A stretch of DNA of 50,306 nucleotides, the filler included, from Bipalium vagum (Eukaryota): assembly GCA_037834085.1 (NCBI GenBank). It is 3 parts of 3 records of this genome, joined end to end, with 100 filler letters (N's around TTAATTAATTAA, not from the genome) between each part and the next. Parts side by side here need not be neighbours in the genome. Positions count along the whole stretch, not along the records: positions 33,891 to 50,306 come from JBBMKC010112119.1; 2 more parts are not named here. One strand, 5' to 3'. Of the stretch, positions 48,890 through 50,306 are shown piece after piece. Position numbers and translations under genes: made by a program. The stretch's first letter is position 1; every line of letters begins with the position of its first letter. Under the pieces are notes generated by a model that saw only the letters and a program-made list of their open reading frames with translations, did not search any database and was not told where the DNA came from.

Positions 48890-50100
48890 AATTCCAGGTG
48901 CAAATAAGCCCATGTAAAAGAATGTATAGTGAAAAGACCATTTTTGAATATTATTGCAGATTCGATAGCAGAACAATCAGCAAAGTCAATCACGGCTTTA
49001 GTGACACGCAAAGGATTGTATCAATACAATAAAATGTATTTTAGATTAATGGGAGTCCCGGAAACTTTTCAGCCTCTAATGGATCTGATACTGATGGATG
49101 TTGTCTATTTGGACGATATTATTATATTTTCCATTAACGGAGGCGAACACATAAAGGAAATAGCGGCAGTATTGCAAAGCCTTAAAGTTGCAGGTTTGAA
49201 AGTAAAACTTACAGAATGCAAATGGGCGAAGAGCAAAGTAAAATATGTAGACCATATAGTGTCAGGATCAGGAATTATACCAGATCCGGAAAATGTAAGG
49301 AAAGTAGAGATATTTGCAATACCTCGAAACACAAGGAAAGTTACAGAATCTCTAGGATTTGCAGGCTATTATCGAAGATTCATTAAAGATTATTCCAAAA
49401 TAGCGACACCCTTAAATGAATTGTGAAAAGGAGAGACATAAGCGATGAAAAGAATACCCAAGCGAGAGAAGGAGATAAATATAATAGAGAAACAAGACAA
49501 TAAATTCGTATGGAGAGAAGAGCAACAGAAGGCGTTTTGAACAGCTAAAAGAGCAGCTAATTTCAGACCGAGTATAGTGATATCCAGACATGACAAATCT
49601 TTTCGGTTAATGACAGACGTTAATAGTTATGCAGTGGGAGCAATGCTAGCGCAACAGACAGAAGGTGAAAAGGACCATGTCATAGCAGGAGAGGTTTGAA
49701 GAAGCACGAAAGTAATTATGCGACAATCAAAAAAGAAGCGTTGGCGATAGCGTTTGCAGTGAAAAAGTTCAGATACTATTTGTAGGGACGGAAAACTATT
49801 TTATTCACAGATCATAGTTCGTCACAGTGGCTATTGAAAAAAAGAGATACCGTGAGTAGACTTATTTGATGGGTGTTAATATCACAGGAAAACGATATAG
49901 AAATTCTTTATCGAAAAGGGAAGGCCAATGCACATACCGATGCTTTATCCAGGATGAGACAAGAAGAATTATCCAAGGAAGATGCTCAATTTGGCGATGA
50001 AGATGTAACTGTGTTAGCCATCATGAGAAAAGTGAACATGGTGGATTCAAGGAAGAGCGATCAAAAGGCAAACGAGGAAATTGAATTGATCAAGAAATAA
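48890..50100 (+). mobile_element. Ty3/gypsy pol relic (RT and RNase H)
   Basis: YLDDIIIFS, LGFAGYYRRFIKDYSKIATPL, LMTDVNSYAVGAML, KEALAIAFAVKKF, FTDH and YRKGKANAHTDALSR, with stops and frameshifts. Confidence 0.95.
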
Positions 50101-50306
50101 ATGGAAGGAAATATTCTGGAGGATTGGGAAAAGAATTAGAAGAAAAAAAAGGTAGATTTAAAATAAAGTGTGGGAATCATCAACCAAGAAGAGGAAAGGA
50201 TTGCAGTTTCATCAAACATTTAAAGCTGATTTTATTTATTTGTGATAGCAAACATTTTAATCTAGACATTTTAATTGTATCTGAACATTTTAATTTGTCA
50301 TCAAAT

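Overview
AT-rich animal (eukaryotic) scaffold window with short GT-AG introns (mostly about 44-60 bp where mapped) and two 100-bp scaffolding spacers. The intron sizes and a miR-61-like microRNA are compatible with a flatworm, but that is inference. Host genes: EP400/Domino-type gene (minus, 1304-9828), CBP/p300 (minus, 10319-14957), an intronless RING protein (18519-19367), POGLUT2/3 (KDELC; minus, 24485-25972), ZDHHC6 (39456-41330) and BET1 (minus, 47821-48138). Between them lie decayed Tc1/Tc3, mariner, pogo, Merlin, RLE non-LTR and Ty3/gypsy relics. Main observations: (1) the EP400 keeps HSA and SANT but has lost its Walker A/B residues, so it looks like a pseudo-ATPase, and it sits about 490 bp downstream of a compact CBP with an intact HAT but degenerate bromodomain pocket; (2) a miR-279/miR-61-family hairpin at 36193-36274 (minus) has its own TATA and motif-rich promoter and further structured segments downstream; (3) a three-copy dispersed element has stem-loops with compensatory changes; (4) an orphan CRE/CCAAT/TATA promoter precedes a frame interrupted only by TGA; (5) the POGLUT ER-retrieval tail is out of frame by one base. 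All homology calls are by motif recognition from memory, with no database searches.
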